NCBI GenBank assembly: GCA_026395055.1 | Contig: JAPLZK010000002.1 | Location: forward strand, 56,940 to 120,939 | DNA length: 64,000 bases | Direction: 5' to 3' | Source: Candidatus Uhrbacteria bacterium | GTDB lineage: Bacteria > Patescibacteriota > Patescibacteriia > UBA9934 > GWF2-40-263 | The notes under the pieces: model-generated | Seen by the model: the letters and a program-made list of their open reading frames with translations, nothing else | Database searches by the model: none | What the model was told of the DNA's origin: nothing | Part shown: positions 1 through 8,535 of the stretch, piece after piece | How the letters are laid out: every line of letters starts with the position of its first letter | How positions within the stretch are numbered: position 1 is the first letter of the stretch | Made by a program: the position numbers and the translations under genes

Positions 1-33
1 ATCTGGATCCATCATCGAGGTTTCATCATCTTC

Positions 34-816
34 ATGTTCGGCGCGTTCCTTTTTTGCGCCTCAATCGTCCTTTTTTGCACGCACGGCGACAAGGTGCGTA
101 AGGCAGAAGATTACTGTGGTTGCTACGACTACGATCATGCGGAGGTGGAATGGTTTGGTGATGGCGTCACGTGCATCGGCAAGCGGACGTACGAAGAAGA
201 TCGCGCGCCGCTTTTCTGGGGCGGTGGCGATCGTCGTCACTCATTCAAACTCGATCCGAAGATTCGTACATCGCTCGAACAAGCGCGTGAGGATCATCGT
301 CGTGAAGTAAAGGACGCGATGAAGCGGGTAGAGCTCGAGCATATTCTGTGGACGCCGCTGTGGGTAATCATCGACACGAAGCTCGTGAACTGTGTGCCGT
401 CTCGGTTTAACCGCGATGGGACAACCGCCGAGCTCTCGTGTATGCAAGAGATCGACAAGCATATGGACTGCGACAACTTCACACCGGAATTCGAACCAGT
501 TTCGTCGGACTTCGGGTGCGACATGTACTTTCGGGCAAAGGCCTACGCGAGAGCTGGTGGTGTGAAGTTCAATGCGTCGACGGGACATATTGTTCCGACG
601 TTGGAGCAGGAGTTCCGGGAAGACTGTGTCATCCTTGAACTTACGAACAAAGGCATCCCGCTTCGTCGCATGTGCAAAATGACAACCGACAAACAAGAGG
701 GGACCGTGACTTCCTGCTCGGTTCGTCTTGAAGATAACTTCGAAGTGCATGCCGCGTACGACGTCCCATGCATCGACTTCGACAAAGCGCGAAAAGCACA
801 TCCGGCCAAGTCGTAG
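34..816 (+). CDS. hypothetical secreted Cys-rich protein (first gene of the cassette array)
   Basis: 260-aa ORF; N-terminal hydrophobic signal-like segment MFGAFLFCASIVLFCTHG; many Cys; followed by degenerate hairpin/CTTTTCCTGAG module. Confidence 0.4.
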   Translation: MFGAFLFCASIVLFCTHGDKVRKAEDYCGCYDYDHAEVEWFGDGVTCIGKRTYEEDRAPLFWGGGDRRHSFKLDPKIRTSLEQAREDHRREVKDAMKRVELEHILWTPLWVIIDTKLVNCVPSRFNRDGTTAELSCMQEIDKHMDCDNFTPEFEPVSSDFGCDMYFRAKAYARAGGVKFNASTGHIVPTLEQEFREDCVILELTNKGIPLRRMCKMTTDKQEGTVTSCSVRLEDNFEVHAAYDVPCIDFDKARKAHPAKS

Positions 817-941
817 TCAATTCGACAACGTTCCTTTTCAAACTTGTTTGATACGACTCGGAACTCCGAATCGCATCGAACCTTTTCCTGAGCTATCGAT
901 AAGGTATCGAGCTCTCAGGTTGAGATACTTGAATCAAAGAG

Positions 942-1277
942 GTGAACATGGAGTTTATCATCGATACACTCATGAAGATCATGATTGGTGCGTTCGTGAT
1001 TGGAACGTTCACGACGCTCATGTTCTTGTTCAGTTACGGTTCGTTCAAACACAAACTCATTCTAGTCATGATTGTCCTCTACGGGATGTACTTCGAGCAA
1101 TTTCTTTCGATTATGAGTATGACAAGTTGCATTCTCCTTTTTCACCATCTTTCCGAGATCCCACTTCTTGAAAGGAAAATACGCAGATTGCCTGAGCGAG
1201 GAGAAGAGATACCAGGGTTGCCGGAACCGCATCCGCTCGAACTCATCTTTACGGTGGGGGTAGATCGGATCGCGTGA
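942..1277 (+). CDS. hypothetical small membrane protein
   Basis: 111-aa ORF with two or three hydrophobic helices; AGAGGTG SD-like sequence upstream. Confidence 0.35.
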   Translation: MNMEFIIDTLMKIMIGAFVIGTFTTLMFLFSYGSFKHKLILVMIVLYGMYFEQFLSIMSMTSCILLFHHLSEIPLLERKIRRLPERGEEIPGLPEPHPLELIFTVGVDRIA

Positions 1278-1396
1278 GGAATGACCCATTGATTCGTAAA
1301 CGAACTTTTTTCTCGACGAGAAATATTTCTCGTCGCTTTTCCAGAGATCGCAAGCGAGTGCTTGTAGGATCTGAGAAAATTTCAATGGAGGTGTGT

Positions 1397-1897
1397 ATGT
1401 TTCGTAAATTGGTTTTTCTATCCGTGTGTTTTCTTGTTGTGTCATGTCGTCAGGCTGAATTGCCGGTACCCATGGTCAAGCAGAAAAGTTCTGTGAAAGA
1501 AATGCCTCCAAAAGTTTCGGCTGAACAAACGTACTTGTGTGATGAAACTTACACGATCGATTTTGCCAAATCGAAAAGCACAAATGTGAGCGATATGTAT
1601 GCGTGTCAGACTTCGATGGGCACAAGATTGCTTCCGGCTCGATACGGTGCGGCAGAAGTCTTGTTTACGCCAATTGCGCCATCTGGAACTCGATTCACGT
1701 TTCAGATTTTGACTCATGGCACAAATGCTATTGCTGTCATGGTGCACGGCAAACAAACATCGGTTCACGAAAACTTCCTTACCGGATCTTGTGGAGTATT
1801 TTCTACGAGTGGAGGAGTTGTCGGAAGCGATTACGTCGTTCTCGATTCGACGGTAACCACTGATAAGGTGAGCGTTAGGATTACTTGTGCTCTTTAG
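1397..1897 (+). CDS. putative lipoprotein
   Basis: GGAGGTG SD 4 nt before ATG; MFRKLVFLSVCFLVVSC signal with lipobox-like VVSC; stop followed by hairpin + CTTTTCCAGAGA. Confidence 0.4.
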   Translation: MFRKLVFLSVCFLVVSCRQAELPVPMVKQKSSVKEMPPKVSAEQTYLCDETYTIDFAKSKSTNVSDMYACQTSMGTRLLPARYGAAEVLFTPIAPSGTRFTFQILTHGTNAIAVMVHGKQTSVHENFLTGSCGVFSTSGGVVGSDYVVLDSTVTTDKVSVRITCAL

Positions 1898-1992
1898 GCA
1901 TCCGCTTTCTCGGCGATGATTCTCATCGCCGCTTTTCCAGAGACTCCCATCAACAGGTGATGGGGTGATCTGCGAAAGATAAGGAGGAAGAT
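1898..1992 (+). promoter_or_regulatory. cassette-array intergenic module A
   Basis: hairpin GGCGATGATTCTCATCGCC (1912-1930), CTTTTCCAGAGA (1932-1943), hairpin CCCATCA..TGATGGG, GATCTGCGAAAGATAAGGAGG, ATG 1993. Confidence 0.5.
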
Positions 1993-2400
1993 ATGCGAAC
2001 GTTTCGATTGAAGTGGAAGAAGGGCGATGCGGAAACTGTGACGGGTCTGTTTCTCTCGGATGCGTTGAGCAATGCCGGTTACGGTCGAGGCGCGACGGAC
2101 GAACTCGAGACGTATCAACAAGTGATTTATCTCGCCGTCTTCGATCCGAATTCCCGGATCACGCAGATCGAGGAATTTTCGGAAGGGGCTGACAAGAAGA
2201 TGAACTTCGAAGTCATCGTCGGCGCAACACGCGTTGGACGAAGTGTTCAACTCACGTTCGACAATGGCACCGTGAAACGCATCAATGTCGGCGAGCACGG
2301 GCAGTTGATTTCGGGAAACGGATCGGGCGATTGCGTTTGCGCAGCGTTCGATTTGTATCGCGAAGCGGAAGAATGGGAAGAGGAGCAGATGGCGGAGTAG
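1993..2400 (+). CDS. hypothetical protein (cassette gene)
   Basis: 135-aa ORF preceded by AAGGAGG SD inside conserved intergenic module. Confidence 0.45.
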   Translation: MRTFRLKWKKGDAETVTGLFLSDALSNAGYGRGATDELETYQQVIYLAVFDPNSRITQIEEFSEGADKKMNFEVIVGATRVGRSVQLTFDNGTVKRINVGEHGQLISGNGSGDCVCAAFDLYREAEEWEEEQMAE

Positions 2401-2456
2401 TGAGACGCATCTCGGAAATACCAAGGATGTAAATTATCGCCAACAGATAAGGAGAC

Positions 2457-2750
2457 ATGATGCTGATCTTTTCACCAAGATGGTGGCAGAGGCGAAAGGG
2501 GGAGCGAATGCTCGCTCGTATTATGGAAGAAGTGGAAAAGTGCAAGTGCACAAAGAGTTTGATCGAAAGACAACTCGCGTTTGCACGTACGCACGGAATC
2601 GAACAGCAGATCAAGGAATGCGGAGAGATGCTTGCATTTCTGGAAATACAACTGCGCTTCAAACAGTTGGAGTATTTGGTTGTGGTGCAAGAACAGCACG
2701 CGAAAGCAACAAAGGGAATTTCCAGCTTGATAAACGCGAATCTCAAATGA
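2457..2750 (+). CDS. hypothetical protein
   Basis: 97-aa ORF in array; no recognisable domain. Confidence 0.3.
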   Translation: MMLIFSPRWWQRRKGERMLARIMEEVEKCKCTKSLIERQLAFARTHGIEQQIKECGEMLAFLEIQLRFKQLEYLVVVQEQHAKATKGISSLINANLK

Positions 2751-2899
2751 TCGATCTGCCTTGAGAATATCTAAAAATATTTCCCAGGGCCTTTTCCAGA
2801 GATCCCGATCGAAGTGATCGAGCGATCTGAGAAAGCGACCACCCCCTAACCCACTCCTTGTGAAGGATGGGGGAGATGGGTTCATACATAGAGGTGAAC
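2751..2899 (+). promoter_or_regulatory. cassette-array intergenic module B (degenerate)
   Basis: CCTTTTCCAGAGA at 2790-2802 preceded by short CCCAGGG palindrome; second hairpin CCCACTCCTT..AAGGATGGG. Confidence 0.4.
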
Positions 2900-3202
2900 A
2901 TGTTCGATCTGTTCGATCGGTGTTTGATTGCCGGCATCGTGCTTGCGGTTGGGGGGCTCGTCTTTCTGCGCAAGCGCGAACGGTCGGAAGAAATTGCGGA
3001 ACAGAATGCAGAGCCGGTGATCGAAGTGGATCATCGCCCGAGCGCTACCATCATCGAATTTCCGATGCATCGCCGGCCAATGTACGATTCGCTCCCTGGC
3101 TTTGGCTGGGAGGAAGCGGAGGTCATTGATCTTGCGGAGTGGAAATTGCTGCGTCTGCAACGGATGTGGGCTCTGCAAAATTCGCGTGAAGCGATTCTGT
3201 AG
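2900..3202 (+). CDS. hypothetical membrane-anchored protein
   Basis: AGAGGTG SD then ATG; N-terminal TM helix CLIAGIVLAVGGLVFL; terminator hairpin + box downstream. Confidence 0.35.
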   Translation: MFDLFDRCLIAGIVLAVGGLVFLRKRERSEEIAEQNAEPVIEVDHRPSATIIEFPMHRRPMYDSLPGFGWEEAEVIDLAEWKLLRLQRMWALQNSREAIL

Positions 3203-3320
3203 TTTGTTCTTTTTCTCGGCGAGAATCTTCTCGCCCCTTTTCCAGAGAACATGAGCGCTGGGCTTGTGAACTCTGACATAGGTACGAACAGACGTTCGGA
3301 GTTTCCGGACCAGGAGAAAG
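3203..3320 (+). promoter_or_regulatory. cassette-array intergenic module C
   Basis: hairpin GGCGAGAATCTTCTCGCC (3218-3235), CTTTTCCAGAGA 3237-3248. Confidence 0.5.
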
Positions 3321-3644
3321 ATGCGCGACATTTTCTGTACGTTGTTTCTGGTGGTGCTCGCCGCGTTCCTTGTGCTCTCGTCGCACGGACAGCAGTTCAC
3401 GATGACCATCGGTTCGCACACGCTCAGCATGGGCGTCCAGCACTCGACGGCCAAGCTCGAAGCGCGCGTGGCGGAACTCGAAGCGGCGCAAGCGGCACAG
3501 GTGGTCGAAGAAGATGGTGAAGAAGAAGGGGAAGACGTTGTGGGCGAAAATGAAAACGTCTGCGATGTGGAAACCACCTGCTGTGCATCGAGTGAAGTGC
3601 AGATGACTTGCGCGTTCAACGAGGACGCGGAAGAAGAAGGTTAA
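3321..3644 (+). CDS. hypothetical secreted acidic protein
   Basis: signal peptide MRDIFCTLFLVVLAAFLVLSSHG; Glu/Asp-rich C-terminus. Confidence 0.4.
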   Translation: MRDIFCTLFLVVLAAFLVLSSHGQQFTMTIGSHTLSMGVQHSTAKLEARVAELEAAQAAQVVEEDGEEEGEDVVGENENVCDVETTCCASSEVQMTCAFNEDAEEEG

Positions 3645-3689
3645 TCAAAAAACGCCCGCGAGAAATCTCGTCGGCAAGAAGGAGAAAAG

Positions 3690-4022
3690 ATGAATTGGAT
3701 CAAGAAGAATCTGTGTTGGGCTACGTGGATCGCAATGTACGCAGCATTCCTGTTCACTTACATCGTACCGGTTGTCGGCTTTGCTTTGCAGATCATGATT
3801 TGCGTCGCGTGTTTCGCTCTGGAAAAGGTTTGGATCGATCATTCGGTTCAGGATCCACTTTCGTTCTTCCGGCGTTGCCCCATGTTCAGTGCGGCATTCC
3901 CCAGTTTTTTCATCGGGATCGTGGAAGTGAAATTCCACACGCCCGGTCTGCTGACACGCATGCTTTTTTTGCTCTTCTGCCTGTGGGTGGACAAAAAGGC
4001 GTTGAGTCAGAAGGCTGCGTAA
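3690..4022 (+). CDS. hypothetical membrane protein
   Basis: 110 aa, three hydrophobic segments; AGGAGAAAAG SD upstream. Confidence 0.4.
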   Translation: MNWIKKNLCWATWIAMYAAFLFTYIVPVVGFALQIMICVACFALEKVWIDHSVQDPLSFFRRCPMFSAAFPSFFIGIVEVKFHTPGLLTRMLFLLFCLWVDKKALSQKAA

Positions 4023-4120
4023 CGTTCTTTCCTGTTCGAGCACATGCTCGAACCTTTTCCAGAGACTCTCACCGAACGGTTCGGTGGGGTGCTCTGCGGG
4101 AGTACAACAAGGAGAACATT
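4023..4120 (+). promoter_or_regulatory. cassette-array intergenic module D
   Basis: hairpin GTTCGAGCACATGCTCGAAC (4034-4053), CTTTTCCAGAGA 4054-4065, hairpin CACCGAACGGTTCGGTG, GGGGTGCTCTG, AAGGAG. Confidence 0.5.
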
Positions 4121-4465
4121 GTGCGACAAGTGGAACAATCTAATGGTGTTCGTTATTTCGCGTGCGTGCTCGGCGTGCTCGCGACGCTCATTCTCATGGG
4201 TTGCTGCGGTGGCAACAGTGGAAATGCTGCGTCGGCTCCGCTTGCGTACAAGGCGACGTCGTCGTGTTTCACGCCGGCGAATTTCCGGGAGTCCTCGATG
4301 CAGAATACTGATTACAGCCTGGAGCTGTGCGAATATTCCGTTGAGAAGGATGAACACTATGCTCGTACTTGTTTTGCGAGTCGTAACCCGAATTGGCAAA
4401 GTGCCACGACGTTCTCGGTCCCGTGTGCGGACTTTGACGCGATCAAGAAGATCACCGGAAATTAA
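4121..4465 (+). CDS. putative lipoprotein (GTG start)
   Basis: module D supplies AAGGAGAACATT-GTG; N-terminus VRQVEQSNGVRYFACVLGVLATLILMGCCGG has lipobox LMGC. Confidence 0.35.
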   Translation: MRQVEQSNGVRYFACVLGVLATLILMGCCGGNSGNAASAPLAYKATSSCFTPANFRESSMQNTDYSLELCEYSVEKDEHYARTCFASRNPNWQSATTFSVPCADFDAIKKITGN

Positions 4466-4501
4466 ACGCCCGCCCGAGGTTGGGTCGGCACGGAGGTTTG
4501 C

Positions 4502-4843
4502 GTGAAGAATTTTGGAGCGTTCATTGGTGCAATCGGCGGCGCATCCGCGGCGGGTCTTTGGCATCATTTCAATCCGGATACAGGATTTGGTGTGCTCTTG
4601 CTCTGTTCGATGGTCGGCGGCGGCGTCGTGGCGATCATGTGGCTTGCCCTTGTGTATCACCTGAATATTCCACAGGTTCCAAAGCCGAGTCGTGCAGAGT
4701 TGTTCGAAGCAACGCGTGTGGAACTCGAACGTCAGATTGCGGAAGCGACGGAAGCGTGCGGGTCTGAACATGCGGATGCTGTGTACGACTTGCGCAAGGA
4801 GCTCAACGCGTTCAATTACCTGAGCGATCGCCTGAGCTTTTAG
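4502..4843 (+). CDS. hypothetical membrane protein
   Basis: 113 aa, two TM helices; followed by hairpin GCCCGA..TCGGGC + CTTTTCCAGAGA. Confidence 0.4.
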   Translation: MKNFGAFIGAIGGASAAGLWHHFNPDTGFGVLLLCSMVGGGVVAIMWLALVYHLNIPQVPKPSRAELFEATRVELERQIAEATEACGSEHADAVYDLRKELNAFNYLSDRLSF

Positions 4844-4944
4844 TTCTTTTTCTCGCCCGAGTTTCTTCGGGCCTTTTCCAGAGATCCTCACCGAACGGTT
4901 CGGTGGGGTGCTCTGAGGAAGTTTTACAACAGGAGAACATCCGA
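4844..4944 (+). promoter_or_regulatory. cassette-array intergenic module E
   Basis: hairpin GCCCGAGTTTCTTCGGGC (4855-4872), CTTTTCCAGAGA 4873-4884, same CACCGAACGGTTCGGTGGGGTGCTCTG leader as module D. Confidence 0.5.
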
Positions 4945-5526
4945 ATGGATTTCAAGTATACGTTCGACGGTCAGTTGACGGGTTGGAGATGGAAACTCGT
5001 TCTCATCGCGATCTTCGCCATCTTTGTGTACGAGGCGACGGGACAATCTCCTGCGCTTGCGTTCTTGGCGGTCGTGATTCCGGGAGTCATCCTCTTCTCG
5101 CGCATCAGCTTCAAAGCGAAGAGTGATCTGGGTGTGATCGATATCCGTCCGGACACGCCGACGAAATTTCGTTTGCATCTTCCGGAGGAATTGAGCGTAT
5201 CGATTCGGGCATCTGCATTCGTGGAGCCAGATCCGCGTCAAGATCGTATCGACGAACTCGAATCCGAATTGGAGGACGCGGACAGCGAACTCGAAGATGC
5301 GGATTCGGAATGGGAGGATGCAAAAAGCGAACTCGAAGATGCAGAATCGGAAGTGCGAGATGCACAAGATGAACTGCGTCGGGTCGAGGAAGAGCGCGGT
5401 TCACATTTGGTAAATGTTTCCGAATACGCATCGAAGCGTGCGGAAGCGCAGGCAAAGAAAGACAGAATCGAAGCGGAGCTTGCGAAAGCACGCGAGCCGA
5501 ATGCCGAGAATACGACCATCACCTGA
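4945..5526 (+). CDS. hypothetical membrane protein with acidic tandem-repeat coiled coil
   Basis: SD CAGGAGAACATCCGA-ATG; TM helix then repeats ELESELEDADSELEDADSEWEDAKSELEDAESE. Confidence 0.4.
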   Translation: MDFKYTFDGQLTGWRWKLVLIAIFAIFVYEATGQSPALAFLAVVIPGVILFSRISFKAKSDLGVIDIRPDTPTKFRLHLPEELSVSIRASAFVEPDPRQDRIDELESELEDADSELEDADSEWEDAKSELEDAESEVRDAQDELRRVEEERGSHLVNVSEYASKRAEAQAKKDRIEAELAKAREPNAENTTIT

Positions 5527-5592
5527 TCTTGTTGATCGGGAGTGATGTACAACCAGCGTTTCTCAACAATCCCAATCGGGATGGAGGCAGTG

Positions 5593-6081
5593 TTCATGAT
5601 TCCATTGCTCGTTTATCTCGTCGTCACGTTCTTCTTGAACCACATCGTCGCGCAAGTGAATCTGTCTCGCGTGGCGGAGCATCCGGTTCGGAAATCAGGT
5701 TTCTTGCTCGATGTTGCGACGTTCTGTGCGGTTCTTCTGCGCGTGCCGTTCTACCTGTTCGGCATCGTGGTCTACAGCCTGTGCTGTATCGGCACAATCA
5801 TCGCGGCAGCCGCGGATTTCATTCCGGAATACACCATGACACTTTGGATCTACGTGCTTGCCGATAACCTCGGCTACGCGTCCTATGCGTTTCGTGCGCT
5901 TCTCGTGAAGGAATTCCATTTCCTGCAGAGCTTTGCAGCAAGTTCGTGGGCCATCACCTACTACGATTTTCATCTCACCTACGATACACGAGTGTTCTCG
6001 TTTCTCGTGTCGCCGCAAAAGGGATATCGTTCGCACAGTATTGCGCCCGAGCTTGTTGCTCGGCGCAAAATCAACACCTAG
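5593..6081 (+). CDS. hypothetical polytopic membrane protein
   Basis: four or more hydrophobic helices; start uncertain (5542/5593/5608). Confidence 0.35.
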   Translation, partial: FMIPLLVYLVVTFFLNHIVAQVNLSRVAEHPVRKSGFLLDVATFCAVLLRVPFYLFGIVVYSLCCIGTIIAAAADFIPEYTMTLWIYVLADNLGYASYAFRALLVKEFHFLQSFAASSWAITYYDFHLTYDTRVFSFLVSPQKGYRSHSIAPELVARRKINT

Positions 6082-6097
6082 ACATAGGGAGTCTGTC

Positions 6098-6229
6098 ATG
6101 CAAGTGATGTATTTTCTCGGTAACGCAATGAATGTGGTGATCGTCGGTGGTCTCTTGGTTTCCGCCGTCGTCATTCCACGTGATCTACTGCGTGGCGCGT
6201 TCAGTCGCAGCGCGCAGCGCAAAGCGTAA
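6098..6229 (+). CDS. hypothetical small membrane protein (43 aa)
   Basis: AGGGAG SD 7 nt upstream of ATG; single TM helix; 3' end shares AATTCGACAACGTTC with the gene ending at 816. Confidence 0.3.
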   Translation: MQVMYFLGNAMNVVIVGGLLVSAVVIPRDLLRGAFSRSAQRKA

Positions 6230-6330
6230 TTCGACAACGTTCTTTCTCTTGGCGAGAATCTTCTCGCCTCTTTTCCAGAGACTCACATCGATGGATGATG
6301 TGGTGATCTGCGAAAGATAAGGAGGTTCCG
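6230..6330 (+). promoter_or_regulatory. cassette-array intergenic module F
   Basis: hairpin GGCGAGAATCTTCTCGCC (6251-6268), CTTTTCCAGAGA 6270-6281, hairpin CACATCGATGGATGATGTG, GATCTGCGAAAGATAAGGAGG as in module A. Confidence 0.5.
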
Positions 6331-6954
6331 ATGCGGGATTTGGAAGCGATGTATCTTGAACACTTGGCGTTCGTGCGTGCGAATCTTGCGCTGCTCGGCG
6401 TTGAGGATCCGGAAGTGATGATTGCGTTTCGTGTAACGGATCAACGGCATAAACAACCGGACCGAATGATTACGTTCGATCTTTCTCTCTCAGAAGCACT
6501 ACATCACGAAGTGTGTTGTGCATGGCGATCATTTTTCGCCCCGCGATGGCCGGAGGAAACGACTTACAAGCCTGAAGTGCAGATGAATGGGGAATTGTTC
6601 GGGTATCTTGATTCGTCAGGATTCCGTTACAAAGATCCGCCTTCGCTCAGGCTTGCCCTTGCGTGGATGATTGTTGCCAGGTGGGAAAATCCACCGTTTC
6701 TGTTTGATCTTGATAAGGCTGTGAGTGTTCTTGCTGCCGTAGTTGCCGAAGGTGTGACCGAAGAGATCTTTGTGATGAAGTGGCTTCCAGCCCTGAAACA
6801 CGTTTTCGCGTTGCAACCCGGGATGACTGTTCGGGATGGTTATCGATCGTCCGAGGTGTATCTCTGGCGTGTAGCAACAAAAGATGTGTACGGCGAATCA
6901 CACCCTGGGTATCCAGGACGTGTGGAGCCGTGTTATCTGTTGCGTGTTCTTTGA
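6331..6954 (+). CDS. hypothetical protein (cassette gene)
   Basis: 207 aa; same leader (GATCTGCGAAAGATAAGGAGG) as the unrelated gene at 1993. Confidence 0.45.
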   Translation: MRDLEAMYLEHLAFVRANLALLGVEDPEVMIAFRVTDQRHKQPDRMITFDLSLSEALHHEVCCAWRSFFAPRWPEETTYKPEVQMNGELFGYLDSSGFRYKDPPSLRLALAWMIVARWENPPFLFDLDKAVSVLAAVVAEGVTEEIFVMKWLPALKHVFALQPGMTVRDGYRSSEVYLWRVATKDVYGESHPGYPGRVEPCYLLRVL

Positions 6955-7073
6955 AGCGTTTGGCGAGAATCTTCTCGCCTCTTTTCCAGAGACAACAAAC
7001 AGGTTGTGGTCTCTCAGAAGGTTACAGACAGCATCAGTTGCATGCGACCATCCGTCGTTTGCTTGGAGGAAGT
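6955..7073 (+). promoter_or_regulatory. cassette-array intergenic module G
   Basis: hairpin GGCGAGAATCTTCTCGCC (6962-6979), CTTTTCCAGAGA 6981-6992. Confidence 0.5.
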
Positions 7074-7367
7074 ATGGCGTTACCGATCATTGGGTATCTC
7101 GCGCGTTCCGATTGGGAAGATCCCGAGGACAGCGTCGTTGTCGCGATCGAAGATTGCGCGGAACCACAAGTGTTCCGTGTGCTTGCCGCAGAATGGTGTG
7201 CGAAAGAAAACACTGTTCACGTTGTGACCAGGTGGATGCGCGGAAAAGCGCCGATCAAAGTTCGCCTTGGCGAATCCGCCGTTGACTCGATGGCGGAATG
7301 TAGTCTCAAGTTCTGTGCGACGGAAGCTCTGGCCATCGAATGGCTGGGGACACAGTCGCAGTCGTAG
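7074..7367 (+). CDS. hypothetical protein
   Basis: GGAGGAAGT-ATG; 97 aa; followed by GGCGAGAATCTTCTCGCC hairpin + box. Confidence 0.3.
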   Translation: MALPIIGYLARSDWEDPEDSVVVAIEDCAEPQVFRVLAAEWCAKENTVHVVTRWMRGKAPIKVRLGESAVDSMAECSLKFCATEALAIEWLGTQSQS

Positions 7368-7484
7368 GTTGTTTATCGTTCCTTTCTTGGCGAGAATCTT
7401 CTCGCCCCTTTTTCAGAGATCAAGAGTGAATGGCATTTGTGGTTTCTGTCAGAAGTGTTTCGTTGTTTTGTACAGGAGGGAAAG
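7368..7484 (+). promoter_or_regulatory. cassette-array intergenic module H
   Basis: hairpin GGCGAGAATCTTCTCGCC (7389-7406), variant box CTTTTTCAGAGA 7408-7419. Confidence 0.45.
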
Positions 7485-7649
7485 ATGGCACTGTTGGCTT
7501 TCATTGCAGGATGTTTCGCGGGTTCGATCATGTTTGTCGTCGCATGCGGTCTCCTTGGATACCGGATGATGCGCTCGGTCATGAAGGGGCAGAAGCCTCG
7601 TCTCGATCGTCCCGACGTGAAATATACGTTTCCGAACAAAAAGGAATAA
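7485..7649 (+). CDS. hypothetical small membrane protein (54 aa)
   Basis: ACAGGAGGGAAAG-ATG; one TM helix. Confidence 0.3.
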   Translation: MALLAFIAGCFAGSIMFVVACGLLGYRMMRSVMKGQKPRLDRPDVKYTFPNKKE

Positions 7650-7651
7650 TC

Positions 7652-8020
7652 ATGTACGCACGAAATCAAAACGTGGCGGCATGGGTCGCTATCGTAAACG
7701 CAAACGGGTATCAAGAAGTTTGTCCCGTTTCGAAAACGCAAAATGTGTACGCGCAATTCTCTCCGGTGATCCTTCGCTGGAGTCGGGAAGGGGAAATCAT
7801 TCTCGAATTCGTGAACAAGCCGCGAGCGCGACCGTTCGACCCTGACGATGATCGCAAGAATGAAATCGTTCGCGTAAACATCGGCAACGGCGTGATCACG
7901 AAGCGTGACTCGGATTGGAATCCGATTCTGCGGTGTGTTCCATGCGCATCGCATGCGGAAGCAATCATCGAGGCCAAGCGATTGATGGAAGTCATGATGG
8001 ACTATCAGGCGGCGGCGTAA
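7652..8020 (+). CDS. hypothetical protein
   Basis: 122 aa; last gene of array; followed by intrinsic terminator 8032-8063. Confidence 0.35.
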   Translation: MYARNQNVAAWVAIVNANGYQEVCPVSKTQNVYAQFSPVILRWSREGEIILEFVNKPRARPFDPDDDRKNEIVRVNIGNGVITKRDSDWNPILRCVPCASHAEAIIEAKRLMEVMMDYQAAA

Positions 8021-8031
8021 GGTTTTTTCTT

Positions 8032-8063
8032 GACCAGACTCGAATGAGTTTGGTCTTTTTTTT
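8032..8063 (+). terminator. intrinsic terminator ending the cassette array
   Basis: GACCAGACT-cgaatg-AGTTTGGTC followed by T8. Confidence 0.6.
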
Positions 8064-8071
8064 GATGATGG

Positions 8072-8115
8072 GCTCGAAACCTCCCCCAACCCCTCCTTTG
8101 CAGGAGGGGCTTTGG
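8072..8115. repeat. left 44-bp inverted repeat flanking the DUF559 gene
   Basis: GCTCGAAACCTCCCCCAACCCCTCCTTTGCAGGAGGGGCTTTGG; exact reverse complement at 8536-8579; contains internal hairpin CCCCTCCT/AGGAGGGG. Confidence 0.8.
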
Positions 8116-8146
8116 GCGTAGATAAAAACACTCCGCGTGGGAGTGT

Positions 8147-8530
8147 TTAAATGTATTGGGTTGGTCGTGCTGGTTGTATTGCGAGAATTTGTTTGATTCT
8201 GCTAATGACAGAGTTTGTGTTGTTTATTACTTCGTCGTTTGTAAATCGAATCACTTTGATTTCGTATCCTTCAATTATTCGTGACCGTTCCTCGTCATGT
8301 GTTTTTCCTTCACTGGTAAAATGCTGCGAACCATCAAGTTCGATTGCCAATCGTTTTTCGGAGCAATAGAAATCTACAACGAAAGAATCAATACCATGTT
8401 GTCGACGAAACTTAAAGCCTAACTTCTTGTTTTTAAGATGCTCCCATAAATAATTCTCCGCACGCGTCGCTTCGTTACGAAGCACGCGCCTCACATCCTT
8501 TTGATAGAACCGATTAAAAAGTTCATGCAT
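8147..8530 (-). CDS. DUF559 / Vsr-like endonuclease-domain protein
   Basis: motifs LGFKFRRQH, VDFYCSEKRLAIELDGSQH, IKVIRFTNDEV typical of DUF559; start MHELFNRF at 8530 chosen because the longer ORF reads through the inverted repeat. Confidence 0.6.
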   Translation of the reverse strand: MHELFNRFYQKDVRRVLRNEATRAENYLWEHLKNKKLGFKFRRQHGIDSFVVDFYCSEKRLAIELDGSQHFTSEGKTHDEERSRIIEGYEIKVIRFTNDEVINNTNSVISRIKQILAIQPARPTQYI

Positions 8531-8535
8531 AAAGT

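Noticed and set aside
241-801. Long antisense ORFs overlapping confident or compositionally coherent genes (e.g. 241-801-, 4007-4891-, 22220-23254-, 26862-27815-, 29455-30405-, 49016-50038+, 56460-57158-, 56620-57225-)
   Set aside because: They lie entirely within better-supported opposite-strand genes, have no Shine-Dalgarno sequence and no recognisable motifs, and GC-rich DNA generates long spurious antisense frames.
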